From an uncultured delta proteobacterium (GTDB lineage: Bacteria > Desulfobacterota > Binatia > Bin18): 23,616 nucleotides of DNA. This document shows, piece by piece, positions 8,328-19,748 of the stretch. The DNA lies in contig CAVTCR010000031.1 in NCBI GenBank assembly GCA_963733195.1, forward strand, positions 1-23,616. The letters are read 5' to 3'. The number at the start of each line of letters is the position of its first letter. Within the stretch, counting starts at the first letter, position 1. The position numbers and the translations under genes were made by a program. The notes below the pieces were generated by a model. It saw only the letters and a list, made by a program, of their open reading frames with translations, was not told where the DNA came from and did not search any database.

Positions 8328-9097
8328 TTACCTCTCCGCCACCAGCACCGCGACCGGATAGGCAAAGTGAATCTTTCCATCCTTTCCGGTGCGCACCAAC
8401 ACCTAAGCCATCATCATCAAGCGATTCAACGAACATCTGCCGCAGTTTGTCAGCATCACCAGGATTAGGGAACGACCGCTGCAAGCTATCCTCAAGGTCA
8501 GCCTCAACTTTGTAGAATGTCTTTCCGTGGAGCAGGTAACCCAACCCATTTGAAGAGCAACTCAAACTCCGGCAACGATAACGCACGGGTATGGGAAGGA
8601 TCGCGGAACTTCTCGGCACGATTGTACGCCGCTGCTTTTGCGGGATCGGGAGATATAGCTGCGTCGATAACAACGATTTTTCCGCCCGGCACACATACAC
8701 GTTTCATCTCGGCCAGGACTCCTTCAGGATCAGTAAAGTGATGAAAAGCATAACGTGAAGTGACGATGGAAAATGACGCATCAGGATATGGCAACGGCAA
8801 GATGTCTCCCACTTGCCAGGTAATGTTAGTCAGGTTTTTCTCTCTTTGAAGTCCCTTCGCGTGTTCGATCATGGCGGGCACCAAGTCGATCCCAGTGGCG
8901 TGCTTAACCACTTTGGCAAAGGCACACACAATAAGGCCGGGACCACAGGCAACATCGAGCAAGGTGTCATTTGGTGTGGTACCAGTGAAATCAATTACCA
9001 ATTTGAGCGCATCTTCGTCTTTGATTCCCGGAGCGGTAGCAAATGGCACGACTTGTTTGGTGAATTGATCGAGAATGAGGTCTTGGTGGGTGGACAC
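8328..9097 (-). CDS. Class I SAM-dependent methyltransferase (frameshifts near 8525 and 8385)
   Basis: LDVACGPG, GIDL, LPYPDASF, AFHHF, RDPSH motifs. GTG start at 9097 after GAGG; reconstructed end FAYPVAVLVAER-stop. Confidence 0.85.
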
Positions 9098-9118
9098 GTT
9101 CTTTTCCTCGTCAAGAAA

Positions 9119-9143
9119 GGGCACGGCAGCGCCGTGCCCCTAC
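9119..9143 (-). repeat. GTAG-type REP palindrome
   Basis: Minus strand GTAG-G-GGCACGGC-GCT-GCCGTGCC within GTAGGGGCACGGCGCTGCCGTGCCC. Confidence 0.7.
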
Positions 9144-9181
9144 AGAGACACATCGACAATCCGCACTCTGCAATCGCCAAT

Positions 9182-10262
9182 CTACAATTGTTGCAGCTTC
9201 TCGCGCACGAGCTTGCCCATCTCTGTGCAGCTCACCAGGCGACACTCGGGCTGGGCGATATCACCTGTGCGGTAGCCACTGGCAAGCACGTCATCTACTG
9301 CTTTCTCGATCGCTTGCGCGGCTTTCTCTTGGTCGAACGAAAGACGGAGCATCAATGCGGTAGAAAGAATCATCGCCAACGGATTGGCCTTATTCTGTCC
9401 GGCAATGTCCGGTGCCGTACCGTGAATCGGTTCGTAGAGCCCTTTCTTGCCTTCACCCAAGTGAGGCTGAAGGCAACAGCCCCATCGATCCCGCCAGCAT
9501 CGAGGCTTCGTCCGTGAGAATGTCACCGAACATGTTCTCCGCCGCGATGACATCGAAGTCCTTCGGACGGCGGATCAGGTGCATCGACATAGCATCAACC
9601 AAAACATCCTCATACTGTACGTCTGGATACTCCTTCGCGACTTCGTGCGCCACTTCACGCCACATCCGTGAGGTCGCCATAATGTTCGCTTTATCGACTG
9701 ACGTGAGCTTCTTGCGCCGCTTCCGAGCCAGTTCAAATGATGCTCGCATGAGGCGGGCAACTTCACCCTCGGTGTAAAAAATCGTATCTACAGCTTCGCG
9801 TCCAGCAGGACCAGTGCGACGTTCGCTGGGCTTGCCGTAATAGACACCACCAGTGAGTTCTCGGACGACAATAAGGTCAACTCCTTGCAAGACTTCCGGC
9901 TTGAGTGTCGACGAGTTGATCAGGTGGCGATTGAGCTGTATCGGCCGCAGGTTGGCAAACAGCCCGAGTTCTTTTCGTAACCCAAGAATTGCTTGCTCTG
10001 GGCGTACGGTCGATTTTGGGTCGTCCCATTTTGGACCACCTACTGCGCCGAGTAGAACGGCGTCACTCTCTTTGGCAACGCGGAGCGCAGAATCTGTCAG
10101 CGCCACACCATGCGCGTCAATTGAACAACCACCTGCAAGTGCTTTTTCGCAATTAAAACTGAGAGCAAATTTCTGCTCGACAACCTTAAGCGCTTGGAGC
10201 GCCTCTTCCATTACTTCCGTGCCAATGCCGTCACCGGCAAAGATTGCTATTTTATGTGCCAT
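9182..10262 (-). CDS. leuB: 3-isopropylmalate dehydrogenase (one frameshift near 9470)
   Basis: [61 protein letters not shown]. Confidence 0.96.
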
Positions 10263-10288
10263 CATCGCTCCTCGCGTTTTATTAAAAT

Positions 10289-10356
10289 GGTGGGCACAGC
10301 CCACCCTACACTACTTCGCTTGCAAAATTTCTTGCGGGCGAGACGCCCGCGCTCCC
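10289..10356 (-). repeat. Two REP-like palindromes (GTAG-type 10289-10309, GGAG-type 10334-10356)
   Basis: Minus strand GTAGGGTGGGCTGTGCCCACC and GGGAGCGCGGGCGTCTCGCCCGC. Confidence 0.65.
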
Positions 10357-10420
10357 AGTTTAGCCATTTTTCGCCTTCCCTCAGACTGAAAGACCCTAGA
10401 CTCCAAGACTCCGGACTGTT

Positions 10421-11975
10421 TCATGGTCCTTCCCGATGCAACCCTGCCTGGTGGCCATAGCGATCGCGGTGGGCAAGCTTGTTCAATGCATTCACAAAGG
10501 CCAGTGCACTCGCCATGATAATGTCGGTGTGTGAACCTTGGCCGTTGACGGAAGTACCATTCTCACGGATCAGGCAGGTCACCTCGCCTTGCGCATCGGT
10601 TCCGCCGGTAATCGATTTCACTGAATAGCGTTCCAGCTTAGGCTCGATTCCGGCGATTTTCGCAATCGCCTTGTAGCACGCATCCACCATCCCGTCGCCG
10701 GACGCGCTATCGATAAACTCCTGCTCTGCAACCTTCATCTTTACCGTCGCGTGCGGCACGGCCATGCTCGACGAGGTCACATTCAGATATAGCAGTTCGT
10801 ATTTCTCGGCCACTCGAGTTGCTTCTTCTGTCACAATCGCAATCAAATCCTCGTCATAGATATTCTTCTTCTTGTCGGCCAAAGCTTTGAAGCGCTCAAA
10901 GGCCTTATTCATATCCACACCGGCATAATCGATGCCAAGATATTTGAGACGATCGATGAATGCATGTCGCCCGGAATGCTTACCCAACACAAGTTTGTTG
11001 CTATCGAGACCCACATCTTGCGGCTTCATGATTTCGTAGGTGAGTTTGTACTTGAGCACTCCATCTTGGTGAATGCCTGCTTCATGGGCAAAGGCATTAG
11101 CACCGACAATCGGTTTGTTTTGTGGCACGGCTAACCCCGTGACTTGCGCGAGCGTTTGGCTTGCTGACGCGATCTGCTCGCTCACCACATTGGTTTTCAC
11201 ATTAGCGAACACATCTTCTCGTGTCCGCAAGGCCATGACCACTTCTTCCATCGACGTGTTTCCGGCACGCTCGCCTATGCCATTGATCGTACATTCGACT
11301 TGTCGCGCACCATTTTCAATCGCCGCGAGTGAGTTGGCCACAGCGAGGCCGAGGTCATTGTGGCAATGCGCGCTCCAGGTAACTTTGTTGCCCCCAGGAG
11401 TTTTCTCTCGCAAGAACTTGAAGAGATCCCCATACTGCTGGGGAATGGCATAACCAACCGTGTCAGGGGCGTTAATGGTTACGGCTCCAGCTTTGATTGC
11501 TTCACCAAAAATCTGCACTAGATACTCACGATCGGAACGAGATGCGTCTTCAGCTGAAAACTCGATGTAATCGAGATACTTTTTTGCGTAACTAATCGCC
11601 CACACGGTGGCATCAAGCGCCTCTTGGCGGCTCATCATCAGTTTATGTTTGAGGTGAATGTCCGAGGTTGCGATGAAAATATGAATACCGGGACTGTTTG
11701 GCTTTCTCAACAGCCTTGATTGCTCGCATCACATCAAGTTCTTTGGTCCGTGCAAGGCTGAGAACGATTGGTGTCGAGACCAGCTCGGACACTCGCTTGA
11801 CCGACTCGAAGTCTCCATCTGAAGACGCAGCAAATCCGGCTTCAATGACATCGACTTTGAGGTTCTCCAATTGTCGGGCGATCATAACCTTTTCTTCGAT
11901 GTTCATGGTTGCGCCGGGAGACTGCTCCCCGTCACGCAATGTCGTATCAAAAATCTTGACAACTTCCCGTTCCAT
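10421..11975 (-). CDS. leuA: 2-isopropylmalate synthase (one frameshift near 11700)
   Basis: [60 protein letters not shown]-terminal regulatory domain. Confidence 0.96.
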
Positions 11976-12003
11976 ACGATTCCTCCTTGCAATTTTACAA
12001 AAT

Positions 12004-12031
12004 AAAAAAGGCTGCGAGTTTACCCGCAGCC
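12004..12031 (-). terminator. Second intrinsic terminator upstream of leuA
   Basis: Minus strand GGCTGCG-8nt-CGCAGCC followed by TTTTTATTTT-rich tail. Confidence 0.7.
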
Positions 12032-12034
12032 CTC

Positions 12035-12078
12035 AAAAACAAGAGGCCACGGGGGTTGGTTATCCCGCCCGTGGCCTC
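12035..12078 (-). terminator. Attenuator terminator upstream of leuA
   Basis: Minus strand GAGGCCACGGG/CCCGTGGCCTC 11-bp stem followed by TTGTTTTT. Confidence 0.8.
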
Positions 12079-12095
12079 CGAGATTCACGTGTGTT

Positions 12096-12194
12096 TTACG
12101 CGCTCCTCTCGGACCCTCCAGGCGGGTTAGTAAGCAGCAGGGCCAGTAGTAGGCCGAGCGTTCCCAGTAGAAGTCCAAGAGAAAGAATAAACAT
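12096..12194 (-). CDS. leuL: Leucine attenuator leader peptide MFILSLGLLLGTLGLLLALLLTNPPGGSERSA
   Basis: 32 aa, 12 Leu codons (three CTA), directly before terminator hairpins and leuA; too short for the ORF track. Confidence 0.85.
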   Translation of the reverse strand: MFILSLGLLLGTLGLLLALLLTNPPGGSERSA

Positions 12195-12203
12195 TATCGG
12201 TAC

Positions 12204-13073
12204 CTATAGACGACTTTTCTCCTCGCTGTCAAGGTCGTAGGGCGGGACAGCGGGGTCTGTCGCTGCTGGTGTCTCTAACATCACTTGCGGTTTCGGTCTT
12301 ATCTGTCGGAAGAGTAGCCGCAGGGGACCAGACATGGCATACGAGGCAAAGATCGTGAACAGCATAATTTGCGGCTCAGCAATTGTGCACTGAATGACAA
12401 TGATGCCGGCAATCAAAATCCAGAATGGCTGTCGATGGCGGAGATTCATGCCTTTAAAACTGTAGTAAGGAATAGTGCTTACCATGAGGCCTGCGAGTGC
12501 GTAAATCAGCAGCAAAAGCGTCAAGTGTTTATTCGTGGCTCCTTCCCCACCAAGAAAATAGTACAGGATGATAGTAACTGCGACCACTGCGGCAGCAGCG
12601 GGAATCGGCAACCCAACAAAATTGTTCTTATCAACAGTCTCGACTTGTACGTTGAACCGCGCCAGACGCAACGCACCGCACGTCACATACAGTGCAGCTG
12701 CCAGCCAGCCCCATGCTCCCCAGGGCTCTAACGCCCAGCGATATGCCAACACCCCAGGAGCAACGCCAAAGGCGATGAGGTCAGATAATGAATCATACTG
12801 CACCCCGAAAGAACTAGAGGTATGAGTCATACGCGCGATACGACCATCAAGCGCGTCAAAGATCTGCGCAACAAGCACCGCCGTCGCTGCAATCAAATAT
12901 TCTTCTCGTAGGGTGGAAATGATCGAGAAAAACCCACAGAACAATCCTCCGGTCGTGAACAGGTTGGGCAAAATGTACACTCCGTTGCGGAAGGGAGGAG
13001 ATATTCTCCTTCTTTCCCGTGGGGTTCCAGTTCTCGTAGGAAGAACACGAATCTTAGGACGTGATGCGTTCAT
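12204..13073 (-). CDS. pssA: CDP-diacylglycerol--serine O-phosphatidyltransferase
   Basis: LPNLFT, DALDGRIAR..SSFGVQYDSLSD CDP-alcohol phosphotransferase motif, LRLARFN, FVGLPIP. Confidence 0.95.
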   Translation of the reverse strand: MNASRPKIRVLPTRTGTPRERRRISPPFRNGVYILPNLFTTGGLFCGFFSIISTLREEYLIAATAVLVAQIFDALDGRIARMTHTSSSFGVQYDSLSDLIAFGVAPGVLAYRWALEPWGAWGWLAAALYVTCGALRLARFNVQVETVDKNNFVGLPIPAAAAVVAVTIILYYFLGGEGATNKHLTLLLLIYALAGLMVSTIPYYSFKGMNLRHRQPFWILIAGIIVIQCTIAEPQIMLFTIFASYAMSGPLRLLFRQIRPKPQVMLETPAATDPAVPPYDLDSEEKSRL

Positions 13074-13126
13074 GCTGAGATCTTCTTTCCCTTCAACAGT
13101 TATGGCGAGGGCATACTGCTTGTATG

Positions 13127-13759
13127 CTATACATACTCGGCGATAATCGTCTCACCAGCTTTAACAGATTGTCCCACCTGGACTTTGACCTGCGCTTCCA
13201 TTGGACAATACAAATCAACGCGCGATCCCAGCATAATCATACCATATCGCTCCCCCTGCCGAACACGTTCTCCGCCGTTGAGCGAACAAATAATCCGGCG
13301 AGCAAGAATTCCAGCCACCTGGACAAAAACTACGCGTCGGCCCTGGGCATCTTGTATCGTCACTCCGTTCTGTTCATTCACTTGTGTCGCATCTTCAGCA
13401 AAGGCAGGGTGAAATTTCCCCGCCTGGTAGCGGACGCTTTCTACCACACCAGAGACCGGTAGACGGTTGACGTGGACATTAAGCGGCGACATAAAAATCC
13501 CGACACGGGTGGCAGGAGCGGACAACCAACGATCATTATTCACATTCTGTTCGATAGTGACAACGCGACCATCGGCAGGAGCAACGAGGTAACGGTCATC
13601 CTCCGGAGCAAACCGTTCTGGGTCACGAAAGAAGTAGGCCACAAAAAAGGTAAGAACGAGAAGCATCAATCCCAGCGTAGGAAAGCCAAGGAGGTTGAAC
13701 ACCAGACAGAGAAGGCCTAAGCCGAAGATGCGGGGATATCCCTCGCGAGCGAAGTGCAT
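13127..13759 (-). CDS. psd: Phosphatidylserine decarboxylase proenzyme
   Basis: FFRDPER, APADG, IFMSPLNVHVNR, GSRVD self-cleavage motif. Start placed at MHFAREG because the upstream ORF extension is repeat-derived. Confidence 0.93.
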   Translation of the reverse strand: MHFAREGYPRIFGLGLLCLVFNLLGFPTLGLMLLVLTFFVAYFFRDPERFAPEDDRYLVAPADGRVVTIEQNVNNDRWLSAPATRVGIFMSPLNVHVNRLPVSGVVESVRYQAGKFHPAFAEDATQVNEQNGVTIQDAQGRRVVFVQVAGILARRIICSLNGGERVRQGERYGMIMLGSRVDLYCPMEAQVKVQVGQSVKAGETIIAEYV

Positions 13760-13902
13760 GTTGGGGGTTGGGTGTTGGGGATTAGGGGTTGGTAGACAGA
13801 CGAGAATCAAGAATGAGAAAATGCGAGAGTGAAATTAGTGAGCTCTGAAGCATTCTTAATTCTCGATGCCCAATTCTTTATACTTCCCTAGCCCCGTAGT
13901 TC

Positions 13903-14925
13903 CTAGTTCCTTGTCTTATCCACCAACTTGTTGCGCTGGAGCCACGGCATCATACCGCGCAGCTCTGCGCCAACCTTCTCTGCCCCGTGTTGCTCGCCCT
14001 GACGCCGGAGGTCTTTGAAACGCGGTAGGCCAGCACGATACTCGCCAATCCACTCGTCGGCAAACTTTCCCGCCTGAATGTCCGCCAGGATCTTTTTCAT
14101 CTCTGCACGCGTTTGCTCACCAATAATCCGCTTCCCGCGCGTCATATCACCATACTCAGCGGTGTTGCTGATCGAGTAGCGCATGTTGGAAATTCCGCCT
14201 TCATAGACGAGGTCCACAATTAACTTCATTTCATGGATGCACTCGAAATAGGCCATCTCTGGAGCGTACCCGGCATCGACTAACGTCTCAAAACCTGCAC
14301 GCATTAATTCAGTCAGACCACCGCAGAGCACAGATTGTTCGCCAAAGAGATCAGTTTCGGTTTCTTCACGGAAGTTGGTTTCCAGTATAGCCGCGCGACC
14401 TCCACCAATCGCCGAAGCCCACGCTAGTGCAATCTGCTTGCTATTGCCGGATGGGTCTTGTGCAACTGCGATCAGGCACGGTACACCTTGCCCTTTTTCA
14501 AACTCGCTGCGTACCAAATGCCCCGGCCCTTTCGGTGCAACCATAAACACGTTGACGTCTGCCGGTGGAACAATCTTTTTGAAGTGAATATTAAACCCAT
14601 GCGCACAGGCCAGGTACTTGCCAGGTTTGAGCTGCTGGCGGATGTCAGACTCATACATCCCGCTCGCGGCTTCATCTGGAGTCAGGATCATAATAATGTC
14701 AGCCTCAGCCGAGGCTTCGGCGACATCTCTGACCGGAAAACCAGCAGTCTCGGCTTTTGGCCATGAACTACTCCCTTTTTTCAAGGCAATACGAACATCC
14801 ATGCCGCTATCGCGCAGGTTGAGCGCATGAGCATGGCCTTGGCTGCCATATCCGACGATGGCAATTTTCTTTCCTTTGAGGAGCGAAAGATTCGCGTCTT
14901 TGTCGTAATAAATGTTCATACTCAT
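13903..14925 (-). CDS. ilvC: Ketol-acid reductoisomerase
   Basis: [44 protein letters not shown]. Confidence 0.97.
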   Translation of the reverse strand: MSMNIYYDKDANLSLLKGKKIAIVGYGSQGHAHALNLRDSGMDVRIALKKGSSSWPKAETAGFPVRDVAEASAEADIIMILTPDEAASGMYESDIRQQLKPGKYLACAHGFNIHFKKIVPPADVNVFMVAPKGPGHLVRSEFEKGQGVPCLIAVAQDPSGNSKQIALAWASAIGGGRAAILETNFREETETDLFGEQSVLCGGLTELMRAGFETLVDAGYAPEMAYFECIHEMKLIVDLVYEGGISNMRYSISNTAEYGDMTRGKRIIGEQTRAEMKKILADIQAGKFADEWIGEYRAGLPRFKDLRRQGEQHGAEKVGAELRGMMPWLQRNKLVDKTRN

Positions 14926-15470
14926 GATGCCTTCTCCTTCTTCTTCTTTCCGGTTAACTCAACTACCTCGCCGCGGCCGGAATCGCTTAGGGCTTGTACA
15001 CCACGATGCATCGCCACTTTACCGGTTCGGACAATTTCTTTAATCCCTAGCGGTTTCAGGAGATTGAGAAACGCTCCAATCTTCTCTTCAGCACCGGTAA
15101 TCTCAATAATGTACGAACGGGAATCAACATCGATCACCTTGGCTCGGAAGATGTTCACGATGTTCAACACCTCGGCCCGAGTGCGTTCATCAATGGTGAC
15201 TTTAATCAACGCCATCTCGCGCTCGACAGACGCCGAATCTTGAAAGTCAATGACTTTGATGACGCAGACCAGTTTGTTGAGCTGTTTGGTGATCTGCTCA
15301 ACGATCTGATCATCCCCGCTAGTCACTAAGGTAATACGCGAGAGTGAGGGATCAAGTGTTCTCGCGACGGAGAGACTTTCAATGTTGAATCCTCGCCCGC
15401 TAAAAAGACCGACGACACGGGCAAGAACACCAAATTCATTTTCGACGAGAATAGAGATCGTGTGATCCAT
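14922..15470 (-). CDS. ilvN: Acetolactate synthase small (regulatory) subunit
   Basis: [41 protein letters not shown]. Confidence 0.95.
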   Translation of the reverse strand: MDHTISILVENEFGVLARVVGLFSGRGFNIESLSVARTLDPSLSRITLVTSGDDQIVEQITKQLNKLVCVIKVIDFQDSASVEREMALIKVTIDERTRAEVLNIVNIFRAKVIDVDSRSYIIEITGAEEKIGAFLNLLKPLGIKEIVRTGKVAMHRGVQALSDSGRGEVVELTGKKKKEKAS

Positions 15471-15591
15471 GGGTGCTCATGGAGAGTACGAGGTAAGCCG
15501 CGACCGAACGGACAGAGAAGGTACTCTCGCCGTCACACGACCCCCACCTGGATAATGTTCAAATCTCGGACAGGAGGGAGACGGTCTTCTT

Positions 15592-15821
15592 TTAGGCTGC
15601 GGGTTGCCGGTGGCGAGACAAGATCTCCATCATCTGTCTTTGCCGGCAAGCTTTTGTTTCTGAATTCGTTTTAGCTCAACTTCTTCTTCCTCTGTCAAAA
15701 AGTGTTGGTGTTTTAGTTCTTCAGAGCGCCGCTTCAACTCCAGATGTTCATGATAGCGAAAGCGAAGCTCAGAATCGGTTTCCATCAGTGAGCGGATCAG
15801 TGTCTCTTCGCGAATTTCCAT
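15592..15821 (-). CDS. DUF465/YdcH-like small coiled-coil protein (probable frameshift near 15632)
   Basis: HEHLEL...LTEEEEVELKRIQKQKLAGKD; the shifted frame continues MMEILSRHRQPAA-stop; GGGAGG SD. Confidence 0.75.
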
Positions 15822-15852
15822 AACACCTCCCTGACAGAAGAAAAGCGTTTAA

Positions 15853-15882
15853 ACTGTAATATACCCTACCGTAAGTTGTCAA
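15853..15882 (-). promoter_or_regulatory. Candidate sigma70 promoter for the DUF465-ilvNC-psd-pssA-leu operon
   Basis: TTGACA-18 nt-TACAGT on the minus strand. Confidence 0.55.
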
Positions 15883-15915
15883 CGTCAGCAAATAAACTTT
15901 CTCTCAGAGGGCCAG

Positions 15916-18005
15916 CTAGCGCGCATGTTCGGCCTGGGCTTGCTTTGCCTCCTGAATAATCTTGTCCGCTAAATGCGGGGGCAGGATTTCATAATGAGAA
16001 AACTCCATATGAAACGTACCCCGACCACTGGTCATCGAACGCAAATCAGGAGCATAGGAGAGCATCTCCGACATCGGGACAGACGCTTTAATGATCTGAT
16101 TATGACCCTTGGCATCAACATTCAGCAACCGCCCACGTCTGCGGTTCATGTCGCCAGTGATGTCACCAACATGTTCTTCCGGTACCGTCACTTCGACCGT
16201 CATAATTGGCTCTAACAGCGCGGGCTTGGCTTTTTCGATCGCATTCTGGACCCCAATCGATCCGGCAATCTGAAACGCGAGATCCGACGAGTCCACATCA
16301 TGATATGACCCATCGTAGAGGGCGACACGGACGTCCACTATGCGATACCCAGCCAGGAAACCTTTATCAAGTGCCGCACGCACCCCTTTCTCGACCGAAG
16401 GAATGTACTGGCGAGGGATTGCTCCACCTTTAATTTCATCGGAAAACTCAAACCCTTTGCCACGTGGGAGCGGTTCGATGCGAATCCAGGTATCGCCAAA
16501 TTGTCCGCGTCCACCGCTTTGTTTTTTCAGCCGCCCTTGGGCGTCAGCCTTGCCAGTAATCGTTTCGCGATAAGGCACTTTGGGAGCCTTGAGATCAACT
16601 TCCACACCGTATTTACGTTTCAGCTTCTCGACGGTCACTTCGACATGGAGTTGACCGGCCCCGGACAGAAGGATGTCATTGTTCTGCGGGTCACGTCCGA
16701 CCTTCAGCGCCATGTCTTCTTCTGTGAGTCGATGCAGCGAGGTCATGATCTTTTCTTCATCACCCCGTGGATTTGAGGCCAAGGGCAAAAGAAATGGATG
16801 GCTCAAAATCCACCAGTGGCTTTAACACCACCGGTGCTTTCTCATCACAAAGCGTATCTCCTGTATGCGTGTCTTTGAGTTTCGCAACTGCAATAACATC
16901 GCCAGCCAAAGCTGTCGTTACTGGCGTCTGTTTTTTCCCGTCAAGATGAAACAAGTGCCCGAGGCGCTCCTTTGTGTCACGCGTAGTATTGAGGACGACA
17001 GAATCGCCATCCACTTTCCCGGAACACACAACAAACACTGACAGGCGGCCGGTCGGCGAATCGACAGTCTTGAACACCCGTGCTGTAAACGGAGCGGTTG
17101 GGTCGGGCTTCCGCTCGATGGCTTCTTGTGTCTTTGGATTAGTGCCACTGGACTGCTGGACGATCGGCTGGGGAAGGCAAATAGTCAATGATCGCATCGA
17201 GAAGGGGCTGGACCCCTGCGCATTTGGATCCTGAACCACAAAACACTGGGAACAGTCGGGCCGAGATCACTCCTTCACGTAACGCCTGCTTCAGTTCGGC
17301 TGTACTGATTTCACCCCCTTCTAAATACCGTGTTAATAGCTCGTCATTCATCTCGGCCACTGCTTCGACAAGCTTTTCGCGGTACTCGTCTGCCTCGCCT
17401 TGCATCTCTGCTGGAATGCTTTCTTCTTTGACCGCTCCGTTGTCCCCTTGGAACATCAACGCTTTCATGTTCAAGAGATCAACCACACCACGGAAATTTG
17501 CTTGCGTGCCAATTGGCACTTGTACCGCTACCAACTTAGCCTCAAGCATTTTACTCATCCCATCCAACGCCTTTTGCAGAGAGCCTTCTTCACGGTCCAT
17601 GCGAGAGAGATACACGAGGCGGGGCAATTGTAGTTCGTCCGCCCATCCCCACAAACGTTCACTTTCAACTTTGAGATTGCCAGTCGGATTCCCGACAAAG
17701 ATCGCACCTCCCATTGCTTCCATCGCGTGGCGCGTATCTGAAAGGAAGTTCGCATACCCAGGCGGGTCAACTAGCACGATATCGTGACGCTTCCAGGACA
17801 AGGAGTGAAAAGCAGTTGACAACGTAATCTTACGGCGGGTTTCTTCGGGCTCGAAATCGAAGGCTGAACTGCCATCCTCAACTCGTCCCATGCGTGTGGT
17901 TGCCCCCGCCGCAAATAACAGCGCTTCCCCAAGCGTCGTTTTTCCCGCTCCACCTTCAGCTAAGAGCCCCACGGTTCTCATTCGGCGGATGTCGTCAACA
18001 GCCAT
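15916..18005 (-). CDS. fusA2: Elongation factor G paralogue (EF-G2-like); frameshifts near 17145 and 16780
   Basis: AEGGAGKTT, DPPG, HTGDTL, GAGQLHVE, PKVPYRET, KKQSGGRGQFG, GSYHDVDSS, LLEPIM. Confidence 0.9.
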
Positions 18006-18121
18006 AGTTCCCTCCCTATAACAGTTCTCAGTGACCAGTCATCAGTTGTCAGTTCTTAAAATAAACTCAGCTTGTCGCGTCGTTCTTAACTGACAACTAA
18101 CATCTAACAACTGACAACTTT

Positions 18122-18886
18122 CTATTGATTTCTCTCGTATAAAATTCGTAATCCTTCCAGCGTCAAAAACTCATCCACTTCTTCAATCGTTGCCGACTCG
18201 GACGCAATCAATTGCGCAAAGCCGCCAGTCGCTATAACCCGTGCCTTCACTTTATGTTCCTTTTGAATGCGTTCAACCATACCATCCACCAACGCGGTAT
18301 AGCCAAAAAACACACCCGACTGGATGGCATGCACGGTGTTCCGTCCCACTGCATGCGGTGGCTTGGCGAGTTCAACACGATAGAGCTTCGCCGTCTTATG
18401 AAACAAGGCATCAAGCGAAATTCCCACACCAGGAACAATCGCACCCCCAAGATACTCGCCGGCTTTGGTGACATAGTCGAAGGTGGTAGCCGTGCCAAAG
18501 TCCACCACGATTGTCACATCATGATAGCGATCGTACGCAGCAACAGCGTTCACGATACGATCGGCCCCAACTTCGCGAGGGTTGTCGTACAGAATAGGCA
18601 TGCCGGTCTTGATACCCGGCCCAACCATCAGTGGCGAGAGACGAAAATACTTATGTGCCAGTTCTTCCATGACGTTGTTCATGGGCGGAACGACACTCGA
18701 CACCACAATCCCTTGGACAGTCGAAAATACAAGGTCTGAAGCAGAAAACAGGCTGCGTAAGAGGACGCCATACTCATCAGCCGTTCGCTCAGCTTCAGTT
18801 AATAAGCGCCAGTGATGGGAGAGCTTTTTTCCTTCATACAGCCCAATCACCGTATGCGTATTTCCAACATCAACGACAAGGATCAT
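18122..18886 (-). CDS. coaX: Type III pantothenate kinase
   Basis: [42 protein letters not shown]. Confidence 0.96.
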   Translation of the reverse strand: MILVVDVGNTHTVIGLYEGKKLSHHWRLLTEAERTADEYGVLLRSLFSASDLVFSTVQGIVVSSVVPPMNNVMEELAHKYFRLSPLMVGPGIKTGMPILYDNPREVGADRIVNAVAAYDRYHDVTIVVDFGTATTFDYVTKAGEYLGGAIVPGVGISLDALFHKTAKLYRVELAKPPHAVGRNTVHAIQSGVFFGYTALVDGMVERIQKEHKVKARVIATGGFAQLIASESATIEEVDEFLTLEGLRILYERNQ

Positions 18887-19715
18887 CTTTTTCTCCACGA
18901 TCGTATCCGTCAATCACACTGACATCACCGGCCAGGAGCCGATGGATTTCACCATCTGCCTCACTGCGCACGAGCAACGCTCCGTCATCATCAAGTCCAA
19001 GAGCAGTTCCCGTCACTGTTCCCTCGGGGGCAGCTACGGCGATACGCTTTCCCAGGACCGACGCTGCATACATCTCCCATGCCGTTCGCAGCGCAGCGAA
19101 TCCCTGTTCTAGCCATAGAACATAGCATTTCTCAAGATGGGTCAGCAGGCTCGCAGTAAATGTACTGCGCTCAACGGTTCTGCCACTGACCAAGAGTAAC
19201 GATGACGCTTTCTCGCGTAACTCATCTGGGAACGCCGAGAGTGGCGCATTGATATTCACCCCAACGCCGAGGATCACCGCACGTAATTCACCAGCTTCAG
19301 TCTGCATTTCGGCTAAGATGCCACAGACTTTTTTCCCAGCGACCAGAACATCATTCGGCCATTTGATAGTAGGTGAAAGCTGGCAGACCTCGGCAATAGC
19401 ATCCGCTACCGCAACCGCCGCGAGGAGATTCAATTGCGGCGCTGCACTCGCCGAGACAGACGGACGCAAAAGAACTGAGAGATAGAGATTAACTCCTGGT
19501 GGCGAAACCCAACTGCGCCCTAGGCGTCCTTTGCCACCACTTTGGGCATCGGCGATAACGATCGTCCCTTCCGTCGCTCCCTCACGAGCAAGCCGGGTAG
19601 CATAGATGTTTGTGGAATCAATGGTCGGAAAATAATGGAAGGGATGACCGAGAGTCTTCGTCTGCAGTTTGGCCCGCAGGGCAGTAGCAAAATCTGGTGC
19701 AGAAGGACCGCTCAT
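18870..19715 (-). CDS. birA: Biotin--[acetyl-CoA-carboxylase] ligase without N-terminal HTH
   Basis: [38 protein letters not shown]. Confidence 0.95.
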   Translation of the reverse strand: MSGPSAPDFATALRAKLQTKTLGHPFHYFPTIDSTNIYATRLAREGATEGTIVIADAQSGGKGRLGRSWVSPPGVNLYLSVLLRPSVSASAAPQLNLLAAVAVADAIAEVCQLSPTIKWPNDVLVAGKKVCGILAEMQTEAGELRAVILGVGVNINAPLSAFPDELREKASSLLLVSGRTVERSTFTASLLTHLEKCYVLWLEQGFAALRTAWEMYAASVLGKRIAVAAPEGTVTGTALGLDDDGALLVRSEADGEIHRLLAGDVSVIDGYDRGEKDDPCR

Positions 19716-19748
19716 ACTTTTTCGACTCTGGACTCTAGCCTCTAGACT

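Noticed and set aside
8813-9517. 234-aa plus-strand ORF
   Set aside because: Antisense to leuB and the methyltransferase, and runs across a REP and repeats.
13760-13810. N-terminal extension of Psd (PTPNPQHPTPN)
   Set aside because: Translation of heptamer repeats; the likely start is 13759.
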